From: Trypethelium eluteriae
Taxonomy: Eukaryota
Reading direction: 5' to 3'
Length of the DNA: 63,115 bases
Assembly (NCBI GenBank): GCA_051942245.1
Contig: JAVECL010000069.1
Span: 1-63,115 of the forward strand
The notes beneath the pieces are model-generated. The model was given only the letters and a program-made list of their open reading frames with translations. It had not been told where the DNA came from and searched no databases. Within the stretch, counting starts at the first letter, position 1, and the number at the start of each line of letters is the position of its first letter. This document shows, in pieces, positions 22,299 through 36,045 of the stretch. A program made the translations under genes and the position numbers.

Positions 22299-23789
22299 GA
22301 TGCATGATGAAAACTGGAAAGTAACTAGGAAAAAGAGTGGACGTTGACCAAGCTGTAGAGCAGCTTGCACAACAGATGTTCTTGGCCTGGTATTTTGATG
22401 CTTAAGCAAGGACATGGGCTTGGGGAAAAGATCAACCAACATTAGAGGGAGGATTTTAGAATCCTTCCGTCGAGCTAAGCAATGCTATCAGCTAGGCAGG
22501 CTCCAGATCGCGCTCGGAAGCCAAATGGTACCAGCTCCTACTGAGGCACGGATGGAAATTGGGACGTGCTGGTGGCTGATGGCTGACAGTACGCGTGATA
22601 TGATCTTCCGGGGGCGACGGCACTGCCATGGTTAACAGGCAGTTGTACTGTAATCCTCTCTGGGATATCTGCCACCCTGGGTTGGCGGATCCATTCTTGG
22701 CCCTCTCGGCGCTTAAAGAGACAACACCAGCGGGGGAAGAAAAAGGCAGAAGAGACCCCAACCCCAACCTAGGTTGTTAAAAACAGGAGACATGGATGAA
22801 GTGGGCAGTTCAGCGGAAATCTACAAGCCGAGAATCAGTGTTGACAAATGAGATTCCTTTCTCTGGGTCGGAAAAACCCGGTCAAGATTCAGCTGGATTA
22901 AGCTTAGAAGATACGGAGCGAGCGCTCAACGGTGAGAAAGGCACTTCAGGCAGCAAGACAATCACGATGATTTCAATACTCCTCGTAATTGATTCCGCCT
23001 TCGGAATATGGACTTAATAAGTCGTATAAAGTCGCGAGATCGAGCCCACCAAGGAGATCTTCGTGGGTAGCTTTGTCAAGTGTCAGAGGATTGCCACTCA
23101 AATCGCGCTACTGCGGTCTCCAGCTTGCAGGATAACGCGTTTCGAAACAAGACAGGGGGAATAGACAGAACGTTGAAGTCGGGAGAGGATGACGGATCCC
23201 GCGTAGTTACCGCGTACCGAGATAGCCACTTAGCTTGGGTTTGGTGTTGATGGGCTGGCGGAAGGCTGGGATAGCAAAGGTACCTCGGACCCCAGCCAAT
23301 TTGGCAGCCGCATCAGGTACCTTCTGCTTTCGCCCCCTTCAGCACCCTTCAGCACCCAACATCAGCCTTCACCACTCTTTCGTGACGATTGGGCTCAACT
23401 ACACTCCCGAACTGAGACCTCTCCGGCAGCCACTCCTCGGACCTGCGGCTCCAGGTTCCAATCCTCTGCTCAGATGTCTGAATCCAATCAAATGACGATC
23501 ACCCAACGCCAGGAAATTACACTAGCTGTGCCCTTCTCAGAATTGCCCCCAGATGGGAATTGCGTGGCCATGGGCCGTTCTCTCATATTGCGGCACGGTG
23601 CTGTATCCTTGATAGCATTCCATACCCCAACCGCACCGGCACGGTCAGGGAGTTGACATGCAAACCTTATCGGTGCTTGCAGTAAAGTACCACATGCTCC
23701 AGTCATGTCAACTGTTCCAATCAGAAGACCGTAGGCGCGCATGTCTTGCATTTTAACCAGACCTCGACAGCTACAAGGTGGGTCATGAG

Positions 23790-25746
23790 ATGGCAATCGC
23801 ACTTTGGGGTTGTCTCTTCCTGGTTTTGCCGGCTGTCTTGGGTCAAACACCATTAAGCATACCTCCATCCCAATACTGGTGAGTACAGAATATCGAGACG
23901 AAATAGTACACTACTTCCTTTCAAGGTACTGAATACTGTAACTAGGGATGGCAACGATGGCCCGTGGTCAAGCTTCAAGGCCACTGTAGGCACACCTCCT
24001 CAGAACGTCCGCGTATATCCAGCCTCGAGTCAGTCTTCCCTCTGGGTAGTCTTACCGGAAGGTTGTACGGGAGATGAACCCCAAGACTGCTCCGATGCCA
24101 GAGGCTTCCTTTTCCAGAAGAATGCATCCTCGACATGGTCAGAGAAGGGCCTCTTCGAATTAACAACGACGGAGGAGAATTTCTTGGGCTTGACTGGGAA
24201 TGGTGATTGGGGCTTTGACACCGTGATGCTAGGCTGGCAGGGAGACGGCTTGCCGAACTTGAACAGTACTCTTGTAACCGGTGTTGCAACCCCAGATTTT
24301 TACCTTGGAGAAATAGGTCTCAACAACCAGCCCCTAAATTTCACGACCTTCAACGATCCGCAGCCGAGCTTATTAGCGACGTTGAAAGCTCAAGGCAGGA
24401 TTCCGAGTCTCTCCTGGGGCTATACCGCAGGCGCCTCGTATCAGCGGACATTTGGGTTCGGTAGCTTAACATTAGGGGGCTACGATACTACACGGTTCTC
24501 GGCCAATGATCTCACGATTCCTTTCGGACCAGATTCCTCCCGCGACTTGCTCGTTGCAATCCAGACCATTCGAACCTCCAATACACAAGCGCAGTTACTA
24601 CCAAAACCCGAATTTTTCTGGATTGATTCGACTGTGTCCCAGATCTGGCTACCAGCAGATGCCTGTACAGCTTTTGAAACGGCGTTCGGCATAAGCTGGG
24701 ATGATGAAAGTAGTCTGTATCTTGTCAACGATACCTTACACGACCAGCTTGTTTCCCAGAATCCGAATGTCACTTTCAGACTCGGTTCAGAACTGGACGG
24801 TGGTACTACAGTGGATATCACCTTTCCTTACAGTGCCTTCGACCTCAACGTGAGCCTGCCACTGGTAAATGGCTCATCGAGATATTTTCCATTGAAAAGA
24901 GCCGCCAATGAAACCCAGTACGTGCTTGGCCGAGCGTTTCTTCAAGAAGCCTATGTTACTGTCGACTACGAACGGTCTTCCTTCCAGGTCCAGCAAGCTA
25001 TCTTCCCGGGCTCTTCAACTTCGCAGAAGCTTGTTGCAATTCAATCTCCCAATGCGACGGCCTCAAGTAACACCTCAGATACATCGACAAGCAGTCAGCC
25101 GTCGAAATTGAGCACTGGAGCAGAAGCTGGTATCATAGCTGGGGGAAGTATAGTAGGCGTAGCTGTTGTGGTTATTGCCGTAATCCTGTGTATCCATCAG
25201 CGACGTAAAAAGCAAAAGGCTGCTGAGCTATCAGCTGATCCATTAACATCACCCCCGAGCTTCAAGTCCCATTTTAGCTCGCCGAGCATTGGACCTCCTA
25301 GTGAAATGGATCCTTTCGGTAAAGTCGAACTGCCTGTGGCTACCGATCACCCTCGCCACGAACTCGAAGGCTACTATGGACAGCGCAACGAACTACAGGG
25401 AGAAGGTATCCATAAAGCTGAAATGATGGGTAGTCCAATTAAGGATTCTCATCCAACGAACAAGGCAATGCGCCAAAACCTTCACCAAGATTTGGACAAT
25501 TTTATATCTGTTCATGAGTTACCAGCACATGTTCCAGTTCCAGAGCTTGATAGTTCAACGAATACAGCTTCGACAAATACGGTCCCGAGGCACACTGGTT
25601 CCTTAACTTCAAGCTCGACAACAGGGGTGAGAAGCCCCATAAGCTCTGCGTCTGGATCTTCTCCCGCTACAGGTCTAGTCTCTACCTTTCCTAGGTACGA
25701 TAGGAACGAAAATCAAGAGGAGAGATATTTTGGAGGATGGATATGA
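23790..25746 (+). CDS. Pepsin-fold (peptidase A1-like) type-I membrane protein lacking the first catalytic Asp (2 exons)
   Basis: Signal peptide MAIALWGCLFLVLPAVLG and intron at about 23879-23945. It contains WDGNDGPWSSF..VGTPPQNVRVYPASSQS, GSLTLGGYD, WIDST and LGRAFLQEAYVTVDYER, then a TM helix (GIIAGGSIVGVAVVVIAVILCI-HQRRKK) and a long cytosolic tail. Confidence 0.9.
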
Positions 25747-26300
25747 ATTGGAGCGAACTCTTGCTAAAGTCTCTTGGAAGGTCTTCCTATCCTACGGGAA
25801 TGAATCCTGCTATTTCCAAAACGCAATCCAGTGCGGGAAACATGCGATGGTTCATGCCTTCAGTACATGTCGCAATCATCTCTCAACCACGCGCCACTGT
25901 GTGCTCTTGTTACCATTCTTTGCAATCGAGGAGCGTCTCATGCAAGGACGGCGATTGCTGGAAAATTGGGACGACTTTTAGCACTGCTTCATAGTGCAAT
26001 CCGGATGAGATGCGTGAACCTTTATTGGAGTGCTGTAACACCGTTTGCAGCAAATGCGATAGATTGGCCAGTGAAAAAGGCTGCAGCGGTCCGAAGGAGA
26101 TTGGTGCGGAGAAGGAGGCAGCCATGTCTTGCGTGTTCATCAGCACCACTTTTTAGCCAGCTGAAACCTGGAGCAACGACGACAGTGTTGCCGAGGCCTT
26201 TCGCATATCTGCTTTTAGTATAACTATCTTGAATTCTTGACTGAAAGACTTCGTTTATTCTGTATTTTCGTTTTGGATACAATTGGTGACTTTCTTCATC

Positions 26301-27370
26301 ATGAGTTCTCAGAAACAACCCAATGATTACCCCAAATTTACTGATGTTCCGCCCGTTTCTGGGATGCCACAGGGTTGCGCATGGGGCGTCTTCAATAAAG
26401 GTGGCGAGCGGGATAATCTGGGCACGCTCAACTACCTCACCCCCGAAGTCGTCCTTAGAGCCCGCGACGAGATTCAAAAAGGCACGAGCATTTCCCTTAA
26501 GTACGAGACTATCCAATCCTATTCCACTAATCCCCTCTATTCGCCTAATGCATCACGACCATACTCACGAACACCGACTCCAGCCTTCCGCTACACCACC
26601 CCACTCATCCTTCAGCCTCCCGGCCCGTCCTCTCTCATACCATCTCGTCCCTCTTTCCCCATGGTTACCCAGCTTACGATGACCACGTCTCCTTCAACAC
26701 ACAATCTTCCTCGCAATGGGACGGTCTCAAACACTACGCCCACTCTCCCACCAACAAACTCTACAACAACCTTTCCTACGCCGATGCTCCCCACACCACC
26801 GACAACGGGATCCAACATTGGCACTCCCGCGGCGGAATCATCGGCCGCGGCATCCTCATTGACTATCGCGCGTACGCCGAACGCCATGGCATGGCATACT
26901 CACCCACTGAACCCCACGGCATCACCGTCGACACGATCCAAAAGGTCGCCGCTGAACAAGGGACCCAGTTTCTGCCTGGCGATATCCTGATTGTGCGAAC
27001 GGGCCTTGTGGCCTGGTACCACTCTGCGACTACAGAGCAGCGTGAGGCGGTACTCCAGCGCGGCGACGCGCTGTCATGCGCTGGAGTCGTGGGGTCGCTG
27101 GAGACGCTGGAATGGCTTTGGAACGGGCGGTTTGCGGCGGTGGCGGGGGATTCGATGGGGTGGGAGGTGGTGCCGCCGCGGAAGGTTGAGTATATGCTGC
27201 ATGAGTGGCTGATTGCGTTATGGGGGATGCCAATTGGGGAGTGGTGGGACTTGGAGGAGTTGAGCCGCGTATGTGAGAGAGAGGGGCGGTGGAGCTTTTT
27301 CTTGGCGAGTGTGCCGCTGAATGTGGAGGGGGGCGTAGCAAGTCCGCCGAATGCGGTAGTCATTCTTTGA
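26301..27370 (+). CDS. Putative cyclase / kynurenine formamidase-like metal-dependent hydrolase (2 exons)
   Basis: DNLGTLNYLTP, an intron at about 26500-26583, FNTQSSSQWDGLKHY, GIIGRGILIDY, GDILIVRTG, AVAGD, GMPIGEWWDLEEL and GGVASPPNA. Confidence 0.92.
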
Positions 27371-27624
27371 ACGAGAGCCAGGAATGGTTGAATGGTTGAA
27401 GGCGATTTTGCAAGACGAATCGCGTCTGCAATACTCCGTACCGCAGAGTCCATTCACAGAAATTGCAGAAACCTTAATGGCGCATATGCGTTGTCAGATC
27501 CATTTCACACGAAGATCCCTATCTCCTGCTAACTCGCCAACAGAGCCATGCTTCGTATGTGGGACTTTTGAAAAGGTTGATCAAGATAAAGAGCCCAGGT
27601 CGCTCCTTTCTCTTCCATACTCCA

Positions 27625-28980
27625 TCATCCCTCCGGCATCAACGCGTTCCTACCCACCCACGCAGGAATTTCTGGCAGTGGAAACCTTGACTTGAGGTCC
27701 TTATGGTTCACGAACTCCTTTGCTACATTCTCAAATACAATACGCTTCTCCATGTCTTCCGGGTCGTTAACTTTGCCTGCAAGAAACATCTCGTCAGTAT
27801 GGTTATTTGCTCAGTGGACAATGTTGTGAACAATGGCCGAACGAGGAACGAATTTAGTACATGACATTTACGTACCGGGACCTAGAGCCAAGTCGATTTT
27901 CATGTTGAGATCTGTCAAGGCCGCGATATAGCGAGTTTCTGCAAAGGGAAATAGCGGGGCGGCGTGAGGGTACCAGCGCCAGCCATCTTTGTTTATGAGG
28001 GAGCGTTCGAAAGCAGTCAATTGCCTATGCTTAGGATTGCCACGATACCTCTCTGTTACTTCCTCCTCTTCTTGTGATTCTCCCGGATTTGGCGCAGTTT
28101 CCGCGGTTGATATTTGAGTGTGACCTGACCCAACGGATCGCTCCTGTTCCAGTGCCTTTTCTACCTCCAGGGTATCCTTAAGATTTAGCACATTAGTTGC
28201 GCTTGACGCTGCTGGGTCGTTGATTATTCTGGCTCTAACCCTACGAATCTTCGGACCTGAAGACGGTTTTCGCCTTTCGACGCCAGCCCCGTCTTTTAGA
28301 GGCGATGGCGCTATCGCATTGCGCCTCGAAGATGCTGTCTTTGAAGGCTTGCGACTGGATTTAGTAGGAGTGACACCCTTTTGACTCTTTGCCACAAGTC
28401 TGCTGGATCGCCTTGGCGTCGAAAGCGGCGCAATATCGTTCGCCTCCTCATTGTTGGCACGGATGTTGCGAGCTCTACTTCTCGGACTACCCGAAGCTTC
28501 CCCCGGAGGCTCAAGATGAGTGCCTGCAGCTTTAACAGCGAGTTGCGGCTGTTTTGGGCGTTGCTGCATTTCGTGGACGATGTCCAGATGGCCTCTGTAC
28601 TCCTCAACGGTGTGAGCGCCGCCCCGTAGCCAGATCTCGCGGTCCCAGTAGATATCTTCGAGCGGTTTATTATAATACCGATTCCAATACATCTGTCGGA
28701 ATTCCACGCATTGCTCCGGAGTTCTCTGTTGTCGCTCTTCCGGATTGATCTGCTGGCCGCCATTTCGAGATAAAAGATCAAGTTCTGAGACAACAGCGGC
28801 ATGGTCCACGTACTCTTCGTGGGAGTGAATGTCCTTTTCGCACCACTCGTCATGTTCCCGATGCATGTTTGAGACGCTCATTTTGGAGTACCTTCGCTTA
28901 AGGTCTCTTCTGTGCTTCGCGCGCGCTTCCGCGTTCATCGTTCTGTCATTTTCGATGGTAGTCATGGCTCTGCTGAACAT
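27625..28980 (-). CDS. Hypothetical protein with a duplicated N-terminal His/Glu motif and a basic disordered middle (probably 2 exons)
   Basis: 370-codon ORF. A GTACGT..ACTGAC..CAG intron (about 27777-27874) extends it in frame with GKVNDPEDMEKRIVFENVAKEF..MPEG*. Confidence 0.7.
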
Positions 28981-29608
28981 TGTATGGATGGATTATAGAG
29001 ATGGTGTTGGCGAAGCAGCCGGACAAGAAGTAATAGATTGCTAAAAGTTGAATCCCGTGATGCCGAAAACGGCCGCATTCCAAGCGGTTCGATGGAATGT
29101 TGCAAACGTCAAAGGCAGAAATTGTGTTTGTCAACGCAATCACACGAGCGCCCGTCAATCCCAGCGATCAAAAACTCTAGCTCTGCAAGATGTATTATGC
29201 ACACCATTTGAATTATGCTCGTATCTCAGAGTAGAGGATAAGAGAGAGAAGTAGGAGCTTAGGAATATCAGCTTGATTTAACAGCGCATTTCCTTTGTTC
29301 AGATAGGGAGAAAACTTCCTTGTCGACATGACTTACACTTCATCAACGTGTCTGGCTGTCTTTTAACCCTGTTGCGTCTGCCTTGCACTACTATGTTAGA
29401 TGAGTGATTAGGCGTTTGTTCCTTTAGATTGATGTCATTGGTTGTGGATCTGATCGGCGTTGCAATTCTTCAAACAGACAGAGACGTGGGAGCCATTAAA
29501 TTTCCCATTGTTTCCGTCCACAGTAAGAAGAGTTCAGGACATCATCGAAGTCTCCGCTCGCTATTCTAGCGCAGAGTATACCTTCCGCGCCGCAAAAAAT
29601 GGAAAAGG

Positions 29609-29635
29609 AAAAAAAAAAAAAAAAAAAAAAAAAAA
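29609..29635 (+). repeat. Poly(A) homopolymer, 27 nt
   Basis: Uninterrupted A run in intergenic DNA. Confidence 0.95.
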
Positions 29636-30401
29636 CCAGCATTGAGGCAGGTCACAAATGCATGCTATATCGGGAGATTCACCCATTCCGAGATTCCCAC
29701 TGAGTCAACACGTCAAGTTCATAAAATGCGTGGATATGAGAAGCATTGACTTGGAATATGCGACATTAGGCACTGGTATGTCCATCTGCCTCAGAAATTG
29801 ATCTCTGAATTCCTAGGCCCAATACACGACGGAGACCAATTCCCATGTCAATACAAACCGTAGCAGCGCAAATATGCAGTTAAGTGCTCAAAAGACCGGA
29901 TGCTGTGTGTTTGCTGCCACACTTGTCCAATTTTCTCCCATCACTGTCTCCAACGGTGCATCGTGTGATCACCGTCAAATTAGCATCTGTGTGGTCCGTT
30001 CCCTTTCTAATTGCTCCTGGAGACTTATCAAACTGTATTTCAGAGTCAGCCGACTTTAAGCACGCAGCTTTGTGTTATCTTTCACGTTTGGCTTGGCATC
30101 AAGCTCCTCGCTACAAACCCATGACGGCATCTCCGTAGCTTCGTTTGGCTCTACTTCGTGTGAACACGAAGAGATACTAGGAAGGGTATGACCAGCTGCT
30201 AGTGTGAGAAGATGGGTTCCCGTGTCAAAGACCGTCTTGGTTACTTGTGAAGCAGGGCCTATGTCAAAGGCCGGATGATCACCATGGGGTCCTTTCTTTG
30301 AGTGTTATGAGGACTCGAACGAAATAGTCATTACCCGAAGAAATATATGATTAATCTGCGATATCCAGATTTCTTCGTTGATTTTATGCTCAGAATTTAC
30401 G

Positions 30402-31696
30402 ATGGAGGCTTCTCCTGTAATCGAGGCTCTTTACCTTGCAACTTCGGTTTCCAGCGCCGAATCTGGTAACCCCGCTAACGAGATCCGTCAGAACTCACGA
30501 TTTGTCATCGGTAGCACTATAAAAGAATGGATCACGGCGCAGAAGGGTCCTGCCCTGTTTGCGTGCGCCGATGTCGAGGTTCTACATGTCAGCGGACTCT
30601 GGACTCTGCGCAAGAATGGTCTGATCTCTACCGAGGAAGGCTTTGAAATAGGTACTGGCATCAAGGCAGCCGATGTCCTCATAGCCACCGATGACGAGCC
30701 CGAGGACTGGGGTGAAAATATCTTGCTGGAGCGAGTTGGTGGTGAGGGTATTGAATGGGAAAAGGTCGCACGAAGTGATCAGGATGTTGCAGATGTTTTG
30801 ATGGCAGATGGCTATGTTCATGGCCTCCTCAGGAAATTACCCAGCCTCAAGTCATTATCGTGTGTTCTCCCCCTTTCCCCCTTGGTTTGCTAGAAAAGAA
30901 CTCACAGATTTTGTCAGTTGGACATCTAAAATGCCCTTCGCACCTAGTTTCTGGCCTTGTCTGAGTCCTTTTCTGCAGAACTTGGATCTTGATTTTGGTG
31001 GTGTTAATCGCAGTGGTGACTTCCTGAAAGGACTGACTGACCTCACCCTGCTGCGCACTTTGAAGCTGACTGGAATGCTGCCGAGTTGGCAGAATGAGAT
31101 CTGGAAGACTGCTTGGAAGAACCCTGCATTGGAGACTTTGGAGTTGGGCTCCGCCTGGACACCAACGTTTCGAGGCGACGGTACCAAAAGTTGGAAATTC
31201 ATTGATTCGGACTGGAAGATGCCAGATATTGGCGCCACGGGAGTAATCGAGCATCTGTAAGTCTTCATATCTTCATACTCCACTTTGACTTCAAGGAGGC
31301 CCTCAGCTCAGGTTTTGCATTTTCAGCGGTAGCGACGGCTACGGTGGCTGCATTCACCACAATTACGGCGTTGGGGAGTACCTCGATATCCAATCCATCC
31401 GACACGCCCGAACCGCAGCTACCGTCTCCTCTCCACTTTCGTCACCAACGAGAGGGTCTCCTCATAGTGGGAGGAAATCTGTGGGCCCCCTCAATATTAC
31501 ACGGTTGAAGCTCCACGGCTTCATCGTCAACGCATCGGCGTTCCATGCACCGGAACTGCAGAACTTGCGGTTTGTCGAATTTTCGGCCGTGTGTGTGGAC
31601 GCGGGCTTCTCATTAACAGTGGAGACGAATGTGGAGGAGGTGCGCTTGGAAGGTAAATGCTACAAAGTGGAGGATGGTATCATTGTAGCTGAGTGA
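30402..31696 (+). CDS. Conserved fungal hypothetical protein with LRR-like strands (3 exons)
   Basis: Three ORF pieces are joined by introns at about 30860-30917 and 31257-31327. It contains LPSLKSLSW, LQNLDLDF, LRTLKLTGM, LETLELG, HHNYGVGEYLD and CVDAGFSL. Confidence 0.7.
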
Positions 31697-32329
31697 AGGG
31701 CGAGACTTGAATATAGGTACCTTGAAACACAGCTAGAGAATGACGAACAATGAAAACCCCATATTAAAGATCGGGGATATCCCCGACAAAACCCAAAAAG
31801 ATGATAGTCGAGAGGTAACTCCAGGTCGCAGCTTGACAGTGCAAATTCTAGACTTTGCAGTCCACAAAAAATAAGGAGGGACCAATACGACCATGTCTAC
31901 CTAGTAGTCCAGGGGGTCGCCATTGATGTAGTAATTACGCGGTGTCGTGGTAGCTGCAGCTGTTTCCGAGCACGGACAGTTGTTGATGTCAACATTGACG
32001 GTCAGAGTAGGATTGCGAGCCGAAATAGTCCTAGAGAGCCACCAAATGTTAAGGATAGGCCTCGAAGCCTCCTCTCCAGCTTCTGCGATTTTTGTGTTTT
32101 ATTTTTTATGTCTTCTCTAAATTTAATTCAAGCTTGACCGGTTGGAAATTCGAGGTTGTGGATACTGACCGGGCGCGTGCAGGGGTTTCTCCCCGCCATC
32201 TCGTGTGCCCAACCCCCTCTACACAGCGTCGCCAGCCTCCAATCAACCAATGGTAGAATAATACCATGACCCTCGCCAAGATGCATCTCTCCTGTCCTTT
32301 TCGCCACCTTGGTATTGCTAATCAAAAAT

Positions 32330-35300
32330 ATGAACCTGGATGAGCCTTTTGCGTTGAAGCATACGAATGGTGAGTCGTCGAAACCGGAGCTTGACAATTC
32401 ACCGCCTTGCCGCAACAGGTGCAGAAAATCATTCACTAACTTTTTATTTTGTCGCACAGTCAGTAGACCGCAATTAGCACACGCAGGTTCTAAACAATCC
32501 GAGACCGCTTCTGAACACTATTTCTCCCTCTCCGAAGGTGGCTCTAGCAACGGCGATGAGACACCGTATCGCACTCCACCCTCACGCCTCAGATCTCCGG
32601 ACGAAGGCAATGGGAACAACGCTTCCCGTTCTTTACTGTCGCTCGTGACGAGCGCAAAGAAGCGACACCAGGGAGAATCTAGTGTTTCTCGACAGGACAA
32701 TATCGGCATCAAGCGAAAGCCAGTACCTCCGAGCACCGCCGTCTCTGCTGGTCCCTCCCAGTCTGCGTCACTACAACCACCGCGAAGGCCCATGGACGAG
32801 ATGGCACCGACACCAGGAATCGACGATACGCCATACATTCGCTTTGCCATTGAGCAACTGACAAGGGACGAAGAGGTCCGGGGCTCTCGCGGCTACGAAA
32901 GTCCTACCAACGTACGGAACGTTCGCAACGTCCGCAACGTTCGCAGCGCCTCTCCGCAACGAGATGAGATCATCCCAGACAATCGCCTGAGCAGTGTCCA
33001 ACAACGTGCATCTGAAGAAGAAGAGGTAGAAGAGGTAGAAGAAGGAGTTCAACCCAACCAGTCTCCGCCTACACCCCCGCAGTATCCTGAGCACACGACT
33101 TTCGCCAGATATGATCCTCTTGGTAAGACATCTGCTCGAGTATAGTATAATCGTGGACTGACTTGACAATTTTCATAGCAACCCAACCAGACAAGTTCGT
33201 ACCTTACCAACCACCCAAATACTCGATTCAATATCCTGCATTAAGCTTTCGTCCTGCAATTCTCCGTCCTACCTGCTTGGGAATCTTCATATTCCTTTGC
33301 CTCCTTATGCTGGTAGGACTTCTCGTGTCAGCCATCTGGTCATTAACACACAATGGCCTGTGGAATTATGGCACATTCGGAGATGCCCGATATTTCGTCT
33401 TTGAATACCTCCCAACATTCCTCGGCATGATACTTCTCATCTGGCTAATACAGATCGAAATTGCAGTATATCGCATTTCCCCTTTTATCGCCATGACTTC
33501 TGATTCTACGTATCTACGATGCTACGGACCTTTATTGAGTTTATATCCCACGAATTTTCTTCTTCCAGATTTTCAGCATTTCCAAGCAGGCCTTCCAATC
33601 ATCGGCATTTTCCTTCTCATCTCCTGGCTGCAGATCTTTTCGATTCCCCTATTAGCGTCTTCTTTCGATGTACGATACGACGGAAACCCGGCCAACGGAG
33701 CTTGGCGCTGGATGGCTGTACAGGGTGTCATCTGGGTGGCCATCATACTTTTAATCATCCTAATTGCGGCTCTTGTCGCTCTTCTTTTCTATCTTCAACG
33801 GGTCCGCACTGGTCTGAAGTGGGATCCTCGCTCTATCGCGGATGTTGTGGCTTTGCTCGAACGGGCTAACAACCTGCGTGTTTACCACAACTCCGAGGCC
33901 TTCAACAGTCCCCACGACTTTGCGGATCGCTTGCGCGATCGCTCAGATCGGCTTGGCTATTGGCATACTTACAAACAACCCGCCTACATCTTCTACGGTC
34001 TTGGAGAGGAAGGCGCCTCTGCTCGCCGTTATACTGTCGAGAACGGGCAAATTCGAGAACAGGAGCCAGAGTACGCATCTGCTGATATGGATTTGGAGGC
34101 TCAGTCAAAGCGCCCAATCTCCCAGCAACCTCTTCGCCGGTCCTTCTCCCCAGTCCATTTTCGAGACGGGTCCATTAACTTTGCCGCAATCCGACACCGA
34201 CATCTTCCCTGGTTTCTCCACTTTAGCTCCTCCCTCCTCTGGGCTCTTACCGCAACCATTCTCCTTCTGGCGTTTCTGATCGTCTCCTTCGTCAACCGCG
34301 GCGTTCTCGCCGGCTTCTTGCCCGATGTTCCAGTAGGCGCCAACTCTGCCGGCTTTTCAGCTCCAAATTTTCTCTTCAGCTTCATTCCCGCAGTGTTGGG
34401 AATGCTCTGCTTTCTCTTGTGGCTCCCAATCGACCTCAGCTTGCGACGACTCCAACCCTACGCCGAACTCGCCAAGGCGGACGGTGCAACTGCAGATAAA
34501 AGCCTGTTGCTCGACTATCCGGCAAATCTCCCTTTCCTTTGCACTCTACACGCCCTCATAAATCGTCACTGGCGCGTTGCAGCACTCAGTTTCATCACCC
34601 TTCTCGCAGCCATCGTTCCAATCCTCGCCGGCGGCGTCTTCTGGGCTCAATTCTACACCAACACGCAGTCCATTCGGGTCACCGCCGAGGCAAAGGGTTA
34701 TTATCCTCTCTGCGTCTTTCTTGCGATCTACGCCGCAGGCTACTGGCTTTCCTTCGCAGGACGCAATCGCAGTCTTCCGCACGAGAGCAAGACCGTTGCG
34801 GAGCTGATCAGCTGGGTCTACATGAGCCGCATCCTCACCGACGAAGCCTTCTCAGGCGTGCGCACCAAGACGGAACTCGTCACTCGCCTGCTCAGCGTCC
34901 CCGTCGCTGAGCGCGGTAGCATCCCTCCAGCTCCTGCCCCGGATGCTCGCCTGTCCACAGCTGCCGGATCAGCAGCAGTCCCGCCTCGAATCGATACCCA
35001 GCCCCCTTCCGAAACAGGCGCTACCTCCAGCGCTGCCGCGCCCCCGCACCTCGCCTTCGACACCACAGGCTCGCACGAGCAAGACTACTACGACGCCGAA
35101 GCCTCGACCTCTCATGGCCGCGCCAGTTTGCAGCCACCTCCCCACCCTCATGTCGGGCCCTCGACCTCCACCTTCGAGTCTGACTCCACAGGCACGGGGC
35201 GAGTGCCGACGTCCGGGATTGCTGCCACGCTCTCGCGCTTCAACGCCAGCGTGCTCTCGCTCGCCAGTCGAGTTGGGCGAGTGCGGGCGCGGCATCCCAA

Positions 35301-35502
35301 CCTGATGGTGGAGGAGAAAGGGAAGGTGGGGCTGCTGCCGAGGTATGCGTTTGGGATATACAAGGGTAGGGACGGGAGGGAGCATCTAGGGATCGAGCGG
35401 GTCGGACGGGTCGGTGTGCCGGGGGTGGTGGTGTTGAGTGGGCATGGGGATGAGGAGGAAGGGATAGGGAGGCGGAGTTGGATGAGTAGGAAGAGTGGGT
35501 GA
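32330..35502 (+). CDS. DUF3433-type multi-pass membrane protein (3 exons)
   Basis: TPGIDDTPYIRFAIEQLTRDEE block, two TM bundles, TGLKWDPRSIAD, LRRLQPYAEL and SLLLDY. Introns lie at about 32370-32459 and 33123-33178. Confidence 0.8.
32909..32944 (+). repeat. 9-bp coding tandem repeat x4 (NVR NVR NVR NVR)
   Basis: aacgtacgg aacgttcgc aacgtccgc aacgttcgc. Confidence 0.9.
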
Positions 35503-36045
35503 AATGTGATAGGGGATGGAGTAGCAGGGGGAAACGAGGGAAACGAAAGATTTATTCATGGACGATTGATGATGATGAAGACGGAATTCAGAATGAGGAA
35601 ACGAAAAAAAGGCGATGGCGATGATGATTTTTTTACTATTATCTCTGTAATATAATCCGCGGACACGCATAGAGGGATAAGATGGACAATCTCTTGACGG
35701 CTCGGGAATGGGATCTGACACGGGCAATACGGACAAAGGATAGAATAGACAGCTGTAGATATTAATGTCTTAGGGAGCAATTCCTAGTATTATACAACCA
35801 AAATTGGCGCAACTCCGTAGTCGAGATTTTGCACTCTGTGGCGTAGGATGCATTTCTAATCTGAGCTTGGAAAGCGATGAAACTGCATGGAGCAAATGTG
35901 ATTCATCCTTATCTACCTATCTAGCTGTTTCGAAAAGTTCCATAACCGTGTTTCCATGCCACAACCCGCTGTGAGCCATCGCCATCATTACCGATCCCCC
36001 TCGATGAGCGAGCCACTATCTTACATCCTGTGAAATCTCCGCTGT

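Noticed and set aside
29609..29635. Poly(A) tract as a retroposon or processed-pseudogene tail
   Set aside because: No target-site duplication or upstream SINE/LINE-like body was recognised, so it is treated as a simple homopolymer.
32330..35502. SAICAR synthase label that homologs of this protein often carry
   Set aside because: The sequence is a multi-pass membrane protein with no SAICAR synthetase motifs.
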